Assembly: GCA_012840535.1 (NCBI GenBank)
Contig: DULF01000095.1
Coordinates: forward strand, 9,069 to 73,068
Source: Clostridiaceae bacterium
GTDB taxonomy: Bacteria > Bacillota > Clostridia > Acetivibrionales > DUMB01
Reading direction: 5' to 3'
DNA length: 64,000 bases
Numbering within the stretch: the first letter of the stretch is position 1; each line of letters starts with the position of its first letter. The notes under the pieces were generated by a model. It was not told the origin of the DNA. It searched no databases and saw nothing but the letters and a program-made list of their open reading frames with translations. The position numbers and the translations under genes are program-made. This document shows, piece after piece, positions 1 to 9,144 of the stretch.

Positions 1-168
1 AAGGAATTCGGAGCGATTGTTGTAGATAAACTGAATAGTTTTGTAACAAAAATGTTCGATAGCAATATCCCAATAGATTTTGAAGTAAACTTAAGCAAAT
101 ATGATGAAAACAGTGCTCTGATAGGAGCTTTGGAATTAGTAACAAATAGGTGGATTGAAAGTTTATAA
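1..168 (+). CDS. ROK-family protein (sugar kinase or regulator), C-terminal fragment entering from upstream of the window
   Basis: Frame 1 is open from base 1 to TAA at 166-168. The tail ...YDENSALIGALELV... resembles the conserved ROK C-terminus. It sits in front of a sugar ABC locus. Confidence 0.45.
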   Translation, partial: KEFGAIVVDKLNSFVTKMFDSNIPIDFEVNLSKYDENSALIGALELVTNRWIESL

Positions 169-266
169 TTATTCGTCCTGCACAAAAAAAGAATGAAAAC
201 GCTTTTATTTTGTACATATTTTAAATATATTTTAAAAAATATTTTTTTATAATTTATTAAAATATA

Positions 267-295
267 TTGACAAATAGGTTAACTAAATATATACT
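267..295 (+). promoter_or_regulatory. sigma-A-type promoter candidate for the sugar locus
   Basis: TTGACA (267-272), a 17-nt spacer, then TATACT (290-295), about 145 nt upstream of ATG 439. Confidence 0.4.
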
Positions 296-438
296 GTAGT
301 TGTAGGTTAAAGATTAAATACTTTGCCAAATTACTTATGTTAAATTAATTTGTAATGTTTAGCAATATTTTTATATGCTGGTCTTTTGCTTTAAAGTCTA
401 ATCGCGTATTTGAGGAGCTTTTACCTAGGGGGTATTTT

Positions 439-1463
439 ATGAATTCTAAACAAAGGGTTTTAAATTCTCTTAATGGACTTGATATTGATCGTATTCCTGT
501 TGATATGTTTGAAGGTGGAAGTATTTATCCTGATCTAATCAAAAATAGATTAATGAGTTATTTTAATGTTTCAAATTGGGATGATGTTCTAATAGCCGTG
601 AAATCAGATTTAAGATGGCTGAATGCTGCGGTTTATAGAGGTCCAAAGAAGTATACTCCGGATGGACGGGAAACTAATGAATTTGGCGCAATTGAATTGG
701 CCTACAGTCCATGGAAAGAAGTTAACATGGATTTAATAAATTCTTACGACTGGCCAGATCCTTCGGATTGGGATTACACAGGCTTAAGGGAACAAGCATT
801 AAAATATTCGGATTATGCTATATGCGCTCCATATATTCCTACAATGTTGTTTTCAAGGACAGCAGAACTGATGGGTATGGAGGAAGCTTTAATATGTATG
901 TACACTGAACCTAAAGTATATGATGCTTTGGTCGCAAAAATATTTGAATACAGCTATGGATTTATGAAAATGTATTGAAGATTTGCGGAGATCTTATTGA
1001 TATTTTATGGACCTGGGATGACGTTGCCATGCAAACAGGAATGATTTTCCCCAGAGAAATGTGGCAGAAGTTTTTCAAGAACAGATTAAGAAAGATTTGT
1101 GATTTGGCAAAAAAGTATAATCTGAAAATGATGTATCATTGCTGCGGTTCTCCTATAGAAATACTCCCTGATTTAATTGAAATAGGTGTAGATATTTTAT
1201 CTCCTATACAGACATCTGCCAAAGGAATGGATCCCAAAAAGCTAAAAAAGGAATATGGAAAAGATTTATGTTTCCACGGAGGCATTGATACTCAGCAACT
1301 ACTTCCGTTTGGAACCGAAGAACAGGTAAGGGATGCTGTAAGATATAATATTGAAGCTCTAGGACCTCGATACATAGTAGCATCAAGTCATGTTTTGAAT
1401 GATTGCATTCCTGTAAATAACGTTATAGCAATGTTTGATGAAGCAATTAACTATAAGTTATAA
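439..1463 (+). pseudogene. Uroporphyrinogen-decarboxylase (URO-D/MtaA-CmuA-like) family gene split by a frameshift
   Basis: Two ORFs (to 978 in frame 1; 975-1463 in frame 3) together cover one URO-D fold. The N-part begins MNSKQRVLNSLNGLDIDRIPVD; the C-part contains MYHCCGSPIEILPDLIEIGVDILSPIQTSAKGMD...FHGGIDTQ. Frame 3 is open only from 948, so the break lies in 948-978 at ATGAAAATG. An AGGGGG RBS precedes ATG 439. Confidence 0.6.
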
Positions 1464-1526
1464 ACATACACTTATTTCTTGAATGCCATGCAATAATTTT
1501 CGTAGAAGTATAAAGGGGGCATCTCG

Positions 1527-2804
1527 ATGAGAGTAGGCTATGGCGAAAGTGATATAACGCCACCGTTAGGTATTGAACTTTCGGGATATGGATATTTTCT
1601 TGGGAGAAAGGCTGAAGGGGTGCTAGATCCACTCTATGCACGCTCGGTATGCTTTTATGACAGCAACAAAACCATTCTTATAATAAGTTGTGATCTCATT
1701 GGTTTAAGGAAAGATATTGTTGAGCAGGTTAAAGCACGGCTCTGCAAGGAATTGAATCTAAGTAAGGAAGGAATAATGGTTCTTTGTACACACACCCACT
1801 CCGGACCTGCCACCTCTAATCTTATTGCTTGCGGAGAGCCTGATGAAACTTATATTGTATCTATTATTGAAAAAATAGTAGATGCTGGTGTTAAAGCTTT
1901 TAAAGATATTCAGGATGTTTACCGTATTTTATTTATTGATTCTGAATTTGATGGAATAGGATACAATCGGGTTTTTGGTGAAAACGGATGTGCGGATAGT
2001 AGAGTTCGAGGTTTATTGATCGAAAGAGTCAATGATGACCCCATAGCATTGGTGAACTACGCATGCCATCCTGTAGTTTTGGGTGTAAATAATATGATAT
2101 CTGCAGATTACCCAGGACAGGTGGTTAGAGTTCTAAACGGATTAGGTTATAAAGCTATGTTTTTAACCGGTTTTTGTGGAGATATAGACCCTTTGGTTAA
2201 CTTAGTAAAATGGGGATCCGGAAAAGAAAGTGATGTTGTGAAGTACGGAACGGAAATAGCAAATGCTTTTATCAATGGTATAGATTCAGCACAACTATTG
2301 GACAACTATACGGTTGACACTTTCGAGGTAAATGCAAAACTATCTCTTTTTCATCTTACAGAGCAATCCTTCTATGCTGAAGTTAAAACTTTTAACCAAT
2401 TGTATTCGGATAACCCAAAAATCTTTAAAGCCTTAAATATATGGGCAGAAGAAAAGAGAAGGGAACTTGGTGTAAGTGGCGCAATAAATTCAGAGGATGT
2501 ACAGATACAGGCGTTTAAAATAGGGAAAACCTTACTTATAGGCGTTCCGGGAGAGGTGTTTACTGAAATAGGTTCAATTATACGGAATGGTTTACATGAA
2601 TTCAACATAATGTTGTTAGGTTATGCAAATGAAGTTTTAAGGTATTTCCCTACGGCTAAAGAAATTAAAAACAAGGGATACGAAGGCTATCTCTCGGCAT
2701 TTCTTTACAGGAGAATACCTCTCCTTGCGGGGGAAAGTGAGAGAATGGGACATATTATAGTAAAAACCTTGAATGCTCTCCTTAATGAATCATCAGAAGT
2801 TTAA
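1527..2804 (+). CDS. Neutral/alkaline-ceramidase-like hydrolase family protein (cytoplasmic)
   Basis: The N-terminal pattern GESDITPPLGIELSGYGYF...GVLDPLYARSV...ISCDLIG...CTHTHSGP is typical of the ceramidase_alk N-domain family. No signal peptide is visible. An AAGGGGG RBS is present. Confidence 0.55.
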   Translation: MRVGYGESDITPPLGIELSGYGYFLGRKAEGVLDPLYARSVCFYDSNKTILIISCDLIGLRKDIVEQVKARLCKELNLSKEGIMVLCTHTHSGPATSNLIACGEPDETYIVSIIEKIVDAGVKAFKDIQDVYRILFIDSEFDGIGYNRVFGENGCADSRVRGLLIERVNDDPIALVNYACHPVVLGVNNMISADYPGQVVRVLNGLGYKAMFLTGFCGDIDPLVNLVKWGSGKESDVVKYGTEIANAFINGIDSAQLLDNYTVDTFEVNAKLSLFHLTEQSFYAEVKTFNQLYSDNPKIFKALNIWAEEKRRELGVSGAINSEDVQIQAFKIGKTLLIGVPGEVFTEIGSIIRNGLHEFNIMLLGYANEVLRYFPTAKEIKNKGYEGYLSAFLYRRIPLLAGESERMGHIIVKTLNALLNESSEV

Positions 2805-2859
2805 TAAAGAAAGGTTCCAGTCTATTAATATAAATTTGCTATAGGTTTAGTAAAACTAA

Positions 2860-4332
2860 TTGGCAGAAAGGATGGAAAGAGTTATGAGCACGAAATACAG
2901 AATGAGTTTACTTGAGCGTTCTACAATTTACAGCGGAGCAACTAGAGCATGGATTTCAGCTCCATCTATAGTAAGTCCAGGTGAAAAATTTAATATAAGG
3001 ATTTCACTCTTGCGAATAGACGGCAACCTGGATGTCGATTTTGAAGGAATATTGCTTGTAAAAAACAATAACGGCATTAAAAACATTCCCAATAAGCTGA
3101 CCTTTACGAAGGAAGACAGGGGAAGTATTTTGCTGGAAGACTGTATGGTGGATGAAGAAAACATTTTTACGTTTGAAGTCTGTCCCGGTACCGGCACTTT
3201 CCCTACCGGAAAGTGCAACCCTATAATGGCAAAAAAGAATTTTCCGTTCAAGCTTTATTGGGGAGATATTCATGTACATAGTGTACATGGCAAGTGCGGT
3301 ACGCCTTACCTGCCTAAAACTCCGGATTTTGGGTATTGGTATGCAAAGGAAGTAATGGGACATGACTTTTGCGCCATTACGGATCACGCCAATGCGCTTA
3401 CGGAAAAGAGTTGGAAGGAAACAAAAGAAGCTTTCAAAAGATGGGATGAGCCTGGAATATTTGTACCGATACTAGCATTTGAGACTGATTATGACGGTGA
3501 GGACGGGGGACATTTTAACATATATTTTGAATCCGATATAGGTGAATACAAGGATTTCCGAATTTGTTCCGGAGGAACATTAAAGAGTGTTTTTGAGCAC
3601 GCTAAGAAGTATGGAGGACTTGCTATTTGCCATCATTCAGGCAGATCTATATGTGGTAGGGATTTTGAAAAGAGTTTTTTTGGTGGACTTGAAGTCGAAC
3701 CTGTCATGGAGATTTACTCTCAGTGGGGTTCGTCAGAAGAATACGCCAGTTCCCGCCCAATAATAGAAGGAAGGCATCCTAAGGAAAGCCATTATTACAG
3801 ATATGCTCTGGCTAACGGCTATCCTCTCGGTGTAGTCGGTGGCTCAGACAGCCATACTACTACTCCGGGTGGACAGGTTGTAATGGCCTATCCTCAATGG
3901 GGCGGAAAGAATATGTTTCACACCGGCGGAGTAACGGCAGTTTACGCAACGGAATTAACCAGAAAGGGCATTTTTGATGCTATAAGAAACCGCCGGTGCT
4001 ATGCAGCAAGTCTTGATAAGATCCTCGTTTGGATAGAAGCGGAAGGTAAACCTATGGGTTCCATTGTGGAAACGGACAGGGCAATTATTGATATTACAAT
4101 CGCATGCACCTATGCCCCTATAACTGAAGTTGTGATTGTTAAAAATGGCATTGTTGCAGCAAAATATGGTGATTTCGGATCCAAAGAAGGTTTTAACGCT
4201 GATAGAACAATATTCAGGCTCAATTGGGAAGATGCGGATTTTAAAGATGAAAGCTGCTATTATGTAAGAGTTACACAGTTTGACGGAGATATGGCATGGT
4301 CCAGTCCTATCTGGATAAAATCAGCAAAATAA
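2860..4332 (+). CDS. PHP-type / CehA-McbA-like metallohydrolase (DUF3604-like) with an N-terminal beta-sandwich region
   Basis: His-rich metal motifs are present: WGDIHVHSVHG, AITDHAN, AICHHSG, GGSDSHT. The start is uncertain (TTG 2860, ATG 2872 or ATG 2884). Confidence 0.5.
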   Translation: MAERMERVMSTKYRMSLLERSTIYSGATRAWISAPSIVSPGEKFNIRISLLRIDGNLDVDFEGILLVKNNNGIKNIPNKLTFTKEDRGSILLEDCMVDEENIFTFEVCPGTGTFPTGKCNPIMAKKNFPFKLYWGDIHVHSVHGKCGTPYLPKTPDFGYWYAKEVMGHDFCAITDHANALTEKSWKETKEAFKRWDEPGIFVPILAFETDYDGEDGGHFNIYFESDIGEYKDFRICSGGTLKSVFEHAKKYGGLAICHHSGRSICGRDFEKSFFGGLEVEPVMEIYSQWGSSEEYASSRPIIEGRHPKESHYYRYALANGYPLGVVGGSDSHTTTPGGQVVMAYPQWGGKNMFHTGGVTAVYATELTRKGIFDAIRNRRCYAASLDKILVWIEAEGKPMGSIVETDRAIIDITIACTYAPITEVVIVKNGIVAAKYGDFGSKEGFNADRTIFRLNWEDADFKDESCYYVRVTQFDGDMAWSSPIWIKSAK

Positions 4333-4412
4333 AATATTGTTTTGAGTTAATGTTGTCACAAGTCTTAATTTAAAACTACACAATTACTTTAAGCGTTAGG
4401 AGTGTCACAGTA

Positions 4413-5384
4413 ATGAATAAAAGAATTTTCATTGGTGTTGACGGAGGCGGCACATGTACCAGGGCCATAGCCATTACAGCAGATGGTAAGGTTCTTGGCA
4501 AGGTTATTGGAGAAAATATTAATTTTTACGCATCAGGTATGGACGTTGCAAAAGCCAATTTTAAAAGTACACTTAAGTCTCTTATGGAAAAGTGTGGTAT
4601 AAGTGATTACGAATGTATATCCATTGGCATGTCAGCAGTAGATGATGATCCTTCTGATGATATCGTAAACCTGTTTTGCCAGGATATGTTACCTGTAAAC
4701 AAAGTATTTATGAGAAGTGACGCATATATGGCCTTAATGGGTATGACATTAGGCGGACCGGGAATAATCGTTGTAAGCGGTACTGGATCGGTAGGATTAG
4801 CTGTTGATAAATACGGAAAATCACATTATATAGGTGGATGGGGTTATCTTCTTGAAGATGAAGGCAGTGCGTATTATATAGCAATTGAAGGAATAAAAGC
4901 CGCCTTAAAGAGTTTTGACGGGCTGGGACCCACAACAAAGTTGGAAGATGAACTCCTTGCTTATTTCAAAATAAGTGACCATAGAAAATTGATAAAGCTT
5001 TTGTATGATCCTCCCATCGAGAAGTCGTTTATTGCAGGTTTTGCAAGAGTAGTTAGCCAATGCGCTGAACAAGGCGATACATCATCATTATTAATACTCC
5101 ATTCAACAACCAATATACTGGTGGACTACGCATTAAGGCTAATAGGTATAATTGGCGATAACAGCTGTTCAGTTGCAATATACGGTGGAGTATTCCAGAA
5201 CAACGAGAAGTTGGTCAGAGATTTCAAAAAAAGGGTTAATTCAGTATTTCCTAATGTAAAAATAGGATTTCCTCCATTTCCGGCAGAAATAGGCGCTGCC
5301 TTTGCTGCTATGAGAAAAAATGAAATTGAGATTACGCCTGATATGTTTTCAAATCTAAAAAGATTTTTGGAGAGTAAAAAATGA
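4413..5384 (+). CDS. BadF/BadG/BcrA/BcrD-type ATPase, N-acetylglucosamine-kinase-like sugar kinase
   Basis: It has the phosphate-1 motif IGVDGGGTCTR, the motif VVSGTGS, and GGWGYLLEDEGSAYYIA, all typical of the family. Its end overlaps the next gene (ATGA at 5381-5384). Confidence 0.7.
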   Translation: MNKRIFIGVDGGGTCTRAIAITADGKVLGKVIGENINFYASGMDVAKANFKSTLKSLMEKCGISDYECISIGMSAVDDDPSDDIVNLFCQDMLPVNKVFMRSDAYMALMGMTLGGPGIIVVSGTGSVGLAVDKYGKSHYIGGWGYLLEDEGSAYYIAIEGIKAALKSFDGLGPTTKLEDELLAYFKISDHRKLIKLLYDPPIEKSFIAGFARVVSQCAEQGDTSSLLILHSTTNILVDYALRLIGIIGDNSCSVAIYGGVFQNNEKLVRDFKKRVNSVFPNVKIGFPPFPAEIGAAFAAMRKNEIEITPDMFSNLKRFLESKK

Positions 5385-6730
5385 AATTTAAAAAAAGCCT
5401 TCTTACATTATTCATTGTAATTCTATCGCTATGCGTTGTGTTGTTTGGGTGCGGAAAAGCAGCAGATGAAGGAAGTAAGGACACTCCACAAGGGACAGCC
5501 AGCGAAGAAAGCCCTAAGCAAGAAGCCGAGACCAAAACAGTCACCCTTGAGCTAAGCAGTTGGAGAACTGAGGATGTTGAGCCTTTTAACAGAATTAACG
5601 AAGCCTTCAACAAAAAATACCCTAACATAAAGGTTGAATTTAAGCCAATCAAGAATACAGAATACGACGCACAGATAAAAATTGCATTAGAAAGCGGCGA
5701 AGGTCCTGATCTCCTATACTTAAGGCCGTATGACGCCGGACGGCTGCTTGCAAGTTCCGGTGTTATTATGGAACTTACACCAGAAATGGTGCCTGCGTTG
5801 AAAGATGCAAATCCAAGTTACTTAGAGGCTTTCAAAACAGATGATGGTAAAATATATGCTCTACCGGGCGGCAGGGTAATGTTAGGCTTTTTGTACAATA
5901 AAAAAATATTCCAGGAATATGGTCTTGAAGAACCTAAAACATGGGACGAATTTTATCAGGTGTGCGAAAAATTGCAAGAAAACGGAGTTAGACCCATAGC
6001 GATGGGATTTAAAGATGCATGGACTATCGCACACCGTTCATATCAAATGCTTCCAGCGTTTATTGAAGGGAATGCTGAAGAATGGCGCAGAAAACTGTTG
6101 AACGGTGAAGTAAGGTTTACTGACGAAAGCTTTGTAAATCACCTTGCATGCTTAAATAAAATGAAAGAATACTGTGGAAGTGACTTTCTGGGACTGGGTT
6201 ATGTTGATACGCAGCAGTTGTTCCTTGCTGAGCAGGCTGCCATTTTCCCCGGAGGATCCTTTGAAATTACCTATTTCAGGCAAACAAATCCTGACTTGGA
6301 GTTTGATGTGTTTGCAACACCCAGCAACACAAAGGCCGGTCCGGCACCTGTGGCAATGACACCGTCATGGGGGTATTCCATAAATAAAAATACAAGAAAT
6401 GTTGATGAATGCTTGGTATATCTGAACTGGTTAGCAACCCCTGAAGCAGCAGAAATTATAGTCAATGAATTACCGGGAATGCCTCCGATGATACCTGGCA
6501 ACATTGAGATCGAAGATGAAATAATGAAAAAATGGAGTAGTTTTGTAGGTGAAAAAGGCGATAATGTTGCAATGTATTGGGCATTTGACAAACTTAATTC
6601 CCAGGTACCGACAGGAGCGGTTTTAATCGGAGAAGCAGTCCAGATGATGTGGCAAGGGGACTACACTCCCGAACAAGCAGCCGAACATGTCCAAAAAGGA
6701 ATATCCACGTGGTATGAACCACACAAATGA
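5381..6730 (+). CDS. ABC transporter substrate-binding lipoprotein (solute-binding family 1, sugar type)
   Basis: It has a lipoprotein signal peptide with lipobox LFGCG, a Ser/Glu-rich linker, a length of about 450 aa, and is followed by two MalF/MalG-type permeases. Confidence 0.85.
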   Translation: MKFKKSLLTLFIVILSLCVVLFGCGKAADEGSKDTPQGTASEESPKQEAETKTVTLELSSWRTEDVEPFNRINEAFNKKYPNIKVEFKPIKNTEYDAQIKIALESGEGPDLLYLRPYDAGRLLASSGVIMELTPEMVPALKDANPSYLEAFKTDDGKIYALPGGRVMLGFLYNKKIFQEYGLEEPKTWDEFYQVCEKLQENGVRPIAMGFKDAWTIAHRSYQMLPAFIEGNAEEWRRKLLNGEVRFTDESFVNHLACLNKMKEYCGSDFLGLGYVDTQQLFLAEQAAIFPGGSFEITYFRQTNPDLEFDVFATPSNTKAGPAPVAMTPSWGYSINKNTRNVDECLVYLNWLATPEAAEIIVNELPGMPPMIPGNIEIEDEIMKKWSSFVGEKGDNVAMYWAFDKLNSQVPTGAVLIGEAVQMMWQGDYTPEQAAEHVQKGISTWYEPHK

Positions 6731-6755
6731 TGTAGAATGTAAAACAGACAACAAG

Positions 6756-6791
6756 ATTTACAATAAGTGCTTCAGCGCACTTATTGTAAAT
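6756..6791 (+). promoter_or_regulatory. Intercistronic perfect 15-bp stem-loop between the binding-protein and permease genes
   Basis: ATTTACAATAAGTGC (6756-6770), loop TTCAGC, then GCACTTATTGTAAAT (6777-6791). No clean T-run follows. Confidence 0.6.
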
Positions 6792-6914
6792 CTTATATCT
6801 AATATCAGCAAATAGATTACTCTTGCTAGATACTATTGGTAAATATAAATGCATATTATGCTATGTCAAATTGCATATAAAAAACACATTTAAAATTATT
6901 GAGGGATGATATTT

Positions 6915-7847
6915 ATGCGTGAAGGTAGTACTCGTGCGGTAAGGTTATGGCACAAAGAAAAGTTCGAACCAATAAAGTATATACTTCCGGCGTTTTTAGT
7001 TTATACTGTATTCATGACTCTCCCGCTTTTTGGCTCTTTGCTGTACAGCTTTTTCGAATGGCAGGGTATCGGTGAAATGCGATATGTAGGAATTCAAAAC
7101 TATATAAAATTGTTTACACAATACCCTTACAATGAAAGGCTCGTAAATGTAATTATCAACAATTTTAAGTTTTTCTTCCTGACTATTATATTTCAAAACA
7201 TTGTTGCATTAGGTATTGCTATTTTGTTAAGCTTTAATTTAAAAGGAAAAAACTTTTTCAGGTTTACGTTCTTTTTGCCTACAACGCTTTCAGTAATAAT
7301 TGTAGGATACTTATGGACGCTTCTGCTAAACCCTACCTGGGGACCTATTAATAGTTTTTTAAAATCAATAGGCTTGGAAAAGTTGGCTCTAAACTGGCTG
7401 GGTAATACTAAAACTTCTCTGATTTGTATAACAATCGCAAATGCATGGCAGTATATGGGCATACCAATGATGATTTTCCTTGCAGGAATTAATAATATTG
7501 ATGAAAGCATAAATGAATCATCTATAATTGACGGATGTAATGAGTTAAAACGAATGTGGTATATTACGTTGCCTTTATTGAGGCCGATTATCGGAATGAC
7601 AACAATATTGGTTTTTGTCAGAAATTTCAGCGCTTTTGAAATTGTGTACGCTATGGCGGGAACCAGCGCAGGGCCACTGTATTCAACGGACATATTCGGT
7701 ACATTTTTCTACAGGACATTGTTCGGCGAGACTAACAGCGCTCCTCAGGATTTTGGCATGGGAGCTACAATTGCCACATGTATGCTGTTCATTATTAGCC
7801 TCGGTGTAATTATATGGCAGATTTGGGACAAAAGGGTCAACGAGTAA
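6915..7847 (+). CDS. ABC sugar transporter permease (MalF/UgpA type)
   Basis: It is polytopic, with an EAA-loop region IDESINESSIIDGCNELKRMWYITLPLLRP. A GAGGG RBS favours ATG 6915 over ATG 6906. Confidence 0.85.
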   Translation: MREGSTRAVRLWHKEKFEPIKYILPAFLVYTVFMTLPLFGSLLYSFFEWQGIGEMRYVGIQNYIKLFTQYPYNERLVNVIINNFKFFFLTIIFQNIVALGIAILLSFNLKGKNFFRFTFFLPTTLSVIIVGYLWTLLLNPTWGPINSFLKSIGLEKLALNWLGNTKTSLICITIANAWQYMGIPMMIFLAGINNIDESINESSIIDGCNELKRMWYITLPLLRPIIGMTTILVFVRNFSAFEIVYAMAGTSAGPLYSTDIFGTFFYRTLFGETNSAPQDFGMGATIATCMLFIISLGVIIWQIWDKRVNE

Positions 7848-7865
7848 TGTGAGGAGGACAAGAAG

Positions 7866-8693
7866 ATGATCAGAAATAAAATATCTAAGGCTGCAATATA
7901 TTTTGTATTTATAATATATGCACTTTATGCGCTCTATCCGGTTATTATAATGATATTAACCTCATTCAAATCAAATCTTGATATAATTAAATATCCTCTA
8001 AGCCTGCCAAAGAGCCTGTATTTGGATGGTTATAAGAACGCATGGGTAAAAGGACAATTTAGTACGTATTTTGTTAATAGCATAATTATCGCATTTTTCT
8101 CTTTAATTGCGATTATCATCCTTTCTTTAATGGCATCTTATGGGTTTGCAAGGTACAGATTCAAAATGAGTTCTTTGCTATACTTGTATTTTCTGGCTGG
8201 AATTATGATTCCTATTAAGCTGGGATCTGCAAATCTGTTCAGAATGATGAGGTCACTTAACCTAATAGATAGACTGACATCAGTAATTCTTGTAAATATA
8301 GCAATGAGTATTCCAATATCTATTTTAATTTTAACGAGTTTCATAAAACAGATTCCGGACTCTCTAGAAGAGGCCGCTAAAATAGATGGATGTAAAAGCA
8401 GTAAAATTTTGTGGTGGATCGTCGTACCTATAGTCAGACCAGCTATAGCAACGGTCACTATTATGAACTTTTTACCAATATGGAACGACTTTTATTTTCC
8501 GTTGCTGTTCATCCGCAAGGAAAATTTAAAACCAATTCCTCTTGGCATAGCTCAATTCTTTGGAGAATATCAAACTGACTGGAGTATAATATTTGCAGGC
8601 TTAACAATTGCTTCATTGCCAACAATGGCTGTATACCTGTTTATGTCAAAACAGTTTATACAGGGATTAACTGCAGGGGCAATAAAGGGTTAA
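7866..8693 (+). CDS. ABC sugar transporter permease (MalG/UgpE type)
   Basis: It has six predicted TM segments and the EAA loop LEEAAKIDGCKSSKILWWIVVPIVRP. A GAGGAGG RBS is present. Confidence 0.85.
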   Translation: MIRNKISKAAIYFVFIIYALYALYPVIIMILTSFKSNLDIIKYPLSLPKSLYLDGYKNAWVKGQFSTYFVNSIIIAFFSLIAIIILSLMASYGFARYRFKMSSLLYLYFLAGIMIPIKLGSANLFRMMRSLNLIDRLTSVILVNIAMSIPISILILTSFIKQIPDSLEEAAKIDGCKSSKILWWIVVPIVRPAIATVTIMNFLPIWNDFYFPLLFIRKENLKPIPLGIAQFFGEYQTDWSIIFAGLTIASLPTMAVYLFMSKQFIQGLTAGAIKG

Positions 8694-8732
8694 AAACACT
8701 GGGAAAAAATATGCCTGTTCTGACGGGCTTCA

Positions 8733-9086
8733 TTATATCAGCCCCAGGACCATAAGCAACAAAAACAGAACAGCCCCTGCCATTACAATATTCAGCAGGA
8801 CACTGAAGGAAAAAGTGCCTTTAAAAATATTGTTCTTTTTATTGAATCCGTTTCTCTCTTCCGCCTGGATCTTACATTCCTTAATATAATTATTTATTAT
8901 GAGCCTAGCCTCATTTAGCAAGTAATCATTTCCCATTTTTGCATTGGAGGGGACTTCCTTGTGTTTCGCCTGTTTTTCGATTTTCTCTATATCAATATCG
9001 TTTTTTAGTATCAAAATAGCCTCTTCGATAATATTTGACTGAATATCCTTAATTACCACTACCCTTTTTGTTCTCCCGCTTACCAT
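8733..9086 (-). CDS. Hypothetical small tail-anchored protein downstream of spoIIE
   Basis: The ORF track gives 8733-9176. The internal Met (MVSGRTKRVVVIKD...) avoids overlap with spoIIE. There is one C-terminal TM segment (VLLNIVMAGAVLFLLLMVLGLI). I did not recognise a family. Confidence 0.35.
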   Translation of the reverse strand: MVSGRTKRVVVIKDIQSNIIEEAILILKNDIDIEKIEKQAKHKEVPSNAKMGNDYLLNEARLIINNYIKECKIQAEERNGFNKKNNIFKGTFSFSVLLNIVMAGAVLFLLLMVLGLI

Positions 9087-9144
9087 AAACAGAGCCTCCG
9101 TTATGATCACATCATAACGGTAGTTTATGATAAAACGGGAAAAA

